DNA of 30,821 nucleotides. Source: a virus (lineage: Duplodnaviria > Caudoviricetes). The stretch's first letter is position 1; each line of letters begins with the position of its first letter. The notes under the pieces were generated by a model. That model was not told the DNA's origin, ran no database searches, and saw nothing but the letters and a program-made list of their open reading frames with translations. This document shows positions 28,520-30,821 of the stretch, piece by piece. The stretch spans positions 1-30,821 of IMG/VR virus record IMGVR_UViG_3300042399_001275, one strand, 5' to 3'. The position numbers and the translations under genes were made by a program.

Positions 28520-30821
28520 TTAGCGGGGGTTCTGTCGAGGTGACAGGCCGTACTGGTCGACGATGCCCTCCTCCACGCGGTCAAATAGCCCCCGTGTCGC
28601 AAGGAAGTTGTTGTAGATAATGACCTTACGGACGGAGTGGACGTCCGCCCCGGTCACAGTACCGTCCGCCAGGCCCCGCAGGGCGCGGGCGGTGTTGTCA
28701 ATCGTGGCCGCGGTAGGGCCGCCGAGTTGGCCCACGAGGCTACGTCCCTGGAAGCGCTCTGCCTCCTGGCCGGTGAGGAGGCGCTGCGCGTTGATGCCAG
28801 TGGCCTTGCCCAGGATGCTGTCCAGGTTCATCATGTGTGCAAGAACACCGGAGCGGTCGATGCCCTCCCGGACCCACATGCGGGTGTCGCGCTCCTTGAC
28901 CTCGCCGTCTGCTACAATATCGCGCAGGGCCACACCCATCATCCCCAGCCCGACCATGGCCAGCATGGAGGACAGGGCGTTGGCGTCGCGCTGCTGGAGC
29001 CCGGCCACCAGGACGCGGGTGTGGGAGGCGAAACCATAACCCAGGAACTGGGTGATGAGGGAGCCCACCGGACCCTGCGTCCATAGGGGGCGATCGGTCG
29101 CACCTGGCGTCAGGACGTTGCCGTCGATGTAGCGCAGCAAGGCCCGCTCAAAAGCGTTGCGCGCCTCCACGTTCTTCCACTGGTCGGCGTTGGAGAAGAA
29201 CGCGCCGCGGGTATTCTCGCCCCACAACTCACGCTCCTTGGCGATCAGCTCTACCTCGTAGTCTCCAATGCCCCATGCCCGCATCTGTGCAGCCTGTACC
29301 TCGGTGAGGGGCTTGCCATCCGCCATGGCCGCGACCCGGCGCAGGAGGGTATCCGCGCCCATGTAGGAAGCATGGCTCTTGATAAAGGTATTCCACGGCG
29401 ACACGCCGAACAACACCAGCGACTTGTGGGCGACCAGGCCCGAGATCATTTCGGCCTTCGACTGGTTGGTGTATTGGTCCCCGATATCCGCCAGGGTTCC
29501 CGCGCGCCCGCCCATGAGCATGTCGTTGATCGTACCTGCGCGCTGCCCTTCAGCCTTGGCCATTTTCAGGGACTTGAAGCCGTCTGTGAAGTGCCCAGCC
29601 AGCCCGCCGAACGTCCGCATGATGCCCTCGGACATAACCAAACGCCCCAGGTCTGGAAGCTGGGAGATCAGGGACGAACCCATGAGCAGGGGAATGTTGG
29701 AGTTCTTGATGACCTTGGCCGCGGTGCGAGCGCCCGCGTAGCGCGGGTCCATCGTGCCGCCAGGCTCGGTGCCGCGGATGCGATGCACCAGCGCCTCGAT
29801 CGTGCTGCGATCACGCTCGTACATGGCCTCGATCTGGAGGTTCTTCTTTTTCAGCGCGGCGATCTCGCGGGGCTTGGGAGCCTGGCCTTCGCTCATCTTG
29901 GCGTCGAATTTCTCCGCAAGCGCGGTCAACATGTCATCCCGCTCACGCTTCAACTGCTCCAGGATGACTGCGATGCCTTCGTCCCCGCCCATGATCTTCT
30001 GGTAGGCGACGTCGGCGGCCATGGTGCGGATGTAGCGCGCCATGACGTTGACCACGTTGCGGTCGACGAAGTCGCTCATGCCGTAGCGCCCGTCCGCCGT
30101 GCGCCAGTTGTCGGGAATATCGAAGGTGCGCTCCTTGGCGGACCCGCGACCCTCCGGCACGGTTATCTTACCGGGCAGGCGACCGTCAGGCTGGCCCAGG
30201 ATTTTGCTGGTGACGCTGTCGGCCATTTCATCCAGGAAATCTTCCGCGATCGGCTTGTCCGACTGACGACGGAAGTAGTCCTTGACCAACTCCCTCCACC
30301 CCACAGGGTTGGCTTTGATGCGCTCGTGGTGGTAGACGCGCTGAAGATGGCTCTTGCCCGCCATCTTCTTGGCCACGGCTTCGGAGTTCTTGAACACACC
30401 GACCGCCCACTCGGCAGCCAGGTCCGCGAAGTGCTTGTCGATCAGACGTTGAGCCTTGGCGGCGTCCGTAATGATCTTGTGCGGGCCGATGTCGCCCTCG
30501 GTCATGGCCGTGCCGATCGCGTCGTAGAACTGCCCGCGCGTTAGCTCGGGGGCTTCCCCCGCCTTGACCGCCTGCTTATAGTCCGCCCACGCCGTATCGA
30601 CGTTGCGAACCATCTGCGCCATCATGGGTTCGGCCAGTATCTTGACCTCGGTTTCGAAGTCGTCGCCGTGGCGAGCGCCCTTGAAGTGGTCGTCGAGGAG
30701 TAGGCCGGTATAGGCGAAGCGGTTGATGACGCGGCGCGAGGTTTCGAATATGGACGTCGACATGTAGAGCGACGGCATGGCGAGGCCAATCTTGGCCAGA
30801 TAGGCGGTGATCTCCGCGACC
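28520..30821 (-). CDS. Large internal virion (ejection) protein, 5'-truncated by the window
   Basis: Frame open to the window edge (>760 aa), alpha-helical, directly upstream of the tail fibre as in T7-like gene order. Confidence 0.75.
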   Translation of the reverse strand, partial: VAEITAYLAKIGLAMPSLYMSTSIFETSRRVINRFAYTGLLLDDHFKGARHGDDFETEVKILAEPMMAQMVRNVDTAWADYKQAVKAGEAPELTRGQFYDAIGTAMTEGDIGPHKIITDAAKAQRLIDKHFADLAAEWAVGVFKNSEAVAKKMAGKSHLQRVYHHERIKANPVGWRELVKDYFRRQSDKPIAEDFLDEMADSVTSKILGQPDGRLPGKITVPEGRGSAKERTFDIPDNWRTADGRYGMSDFVDRNVVNVMARYIRTMAADVAYQKIMGGDEGIAVILEQLKRERDDMLTALAEKFDAKMSEGQAPKPREIAALKKKNLQIEAMYERDRSTIEALVHRIRGTEPGGTMDPRYAGARTAAKVIKNSNIPLLMGSSLISQLPDLGRLVMSEGIMRTFGGLAGHFTDGFKSLKMAKAEGQRAGTINDMLMGGRAGTLADIGDQYTNQSKAEMISGLVAHKSLVLFGVSPWNTFIKSHASYMGADTLLRRVAAMADGKPLTEVQAAQMRAWGIGDYEVELIAKERELWGENTRGAFFSNADQWKNVEARNAFERALLRYIDGNVLTPGATDRPLWTQGPVGSLITQFLGYGFASHTRVLVAGLQQRDANALSSMLAMVGLGMMGVALRDIVADGEVKERDTRMWVREGIDRSGVLAHMMNLDSILGKATGINAQRLLTGQEAERFQGRSLVGQLGGPTAATIDNTARALRGLADGTVTGADVHSVRKVIIYNNFLATRGLFDRVEEGIVDQYGLSPRQNPR

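Overview
A ~31 kb stretch of a GC-rich, short-tailed (podovirus-type) dsDNA phage genome. It is probably circularly permuted: it opens inside a T7-type portal gene and ends inside an internal virion protein gene. From left to right, the minus strand carries the portal, a LamG/SGNH-esterase fibre with a small partner, several small ORFs, the large terminase, an XF1762/Mom-like protein and an HNH nuclease. Next is a ~3.5 kb island of small early-type genes with distinct composition, bracketed by shared palindromes (candidate genome-end or terminal-repeat region). After it come a possible origin, a Prim-Pol/AAA primase-helicase and an HTH protein. The plus strand then encodes a hexapeptide-repeat protein, SNF2 helicase, a lysis cassette (lysozyme-like protein, i- and o-spanin), DUF2800 nuclease, DUF2815 SSB, NUMOD4-HNH, family A DNA polymerase, resolvase, a T5 A1-like nuclease and DUF3310. 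Convergent tail-fibre and internal virion genes close the window. No integrase, tRNA or CRISPR array was seen. The most striking unexplained signal is a set of sharply bounded A/T-ending codon patches inside core genes. Each coincides with an open +1-frame ORF, usually with its own Shine-Dalgarno and start, suggesting a hidden layer of overprinted genes that includes a two-TM holin-like ORF and one with a QLDLF clamp-binding motif. All family calls come from motif recognition by eye; no database searches were run.
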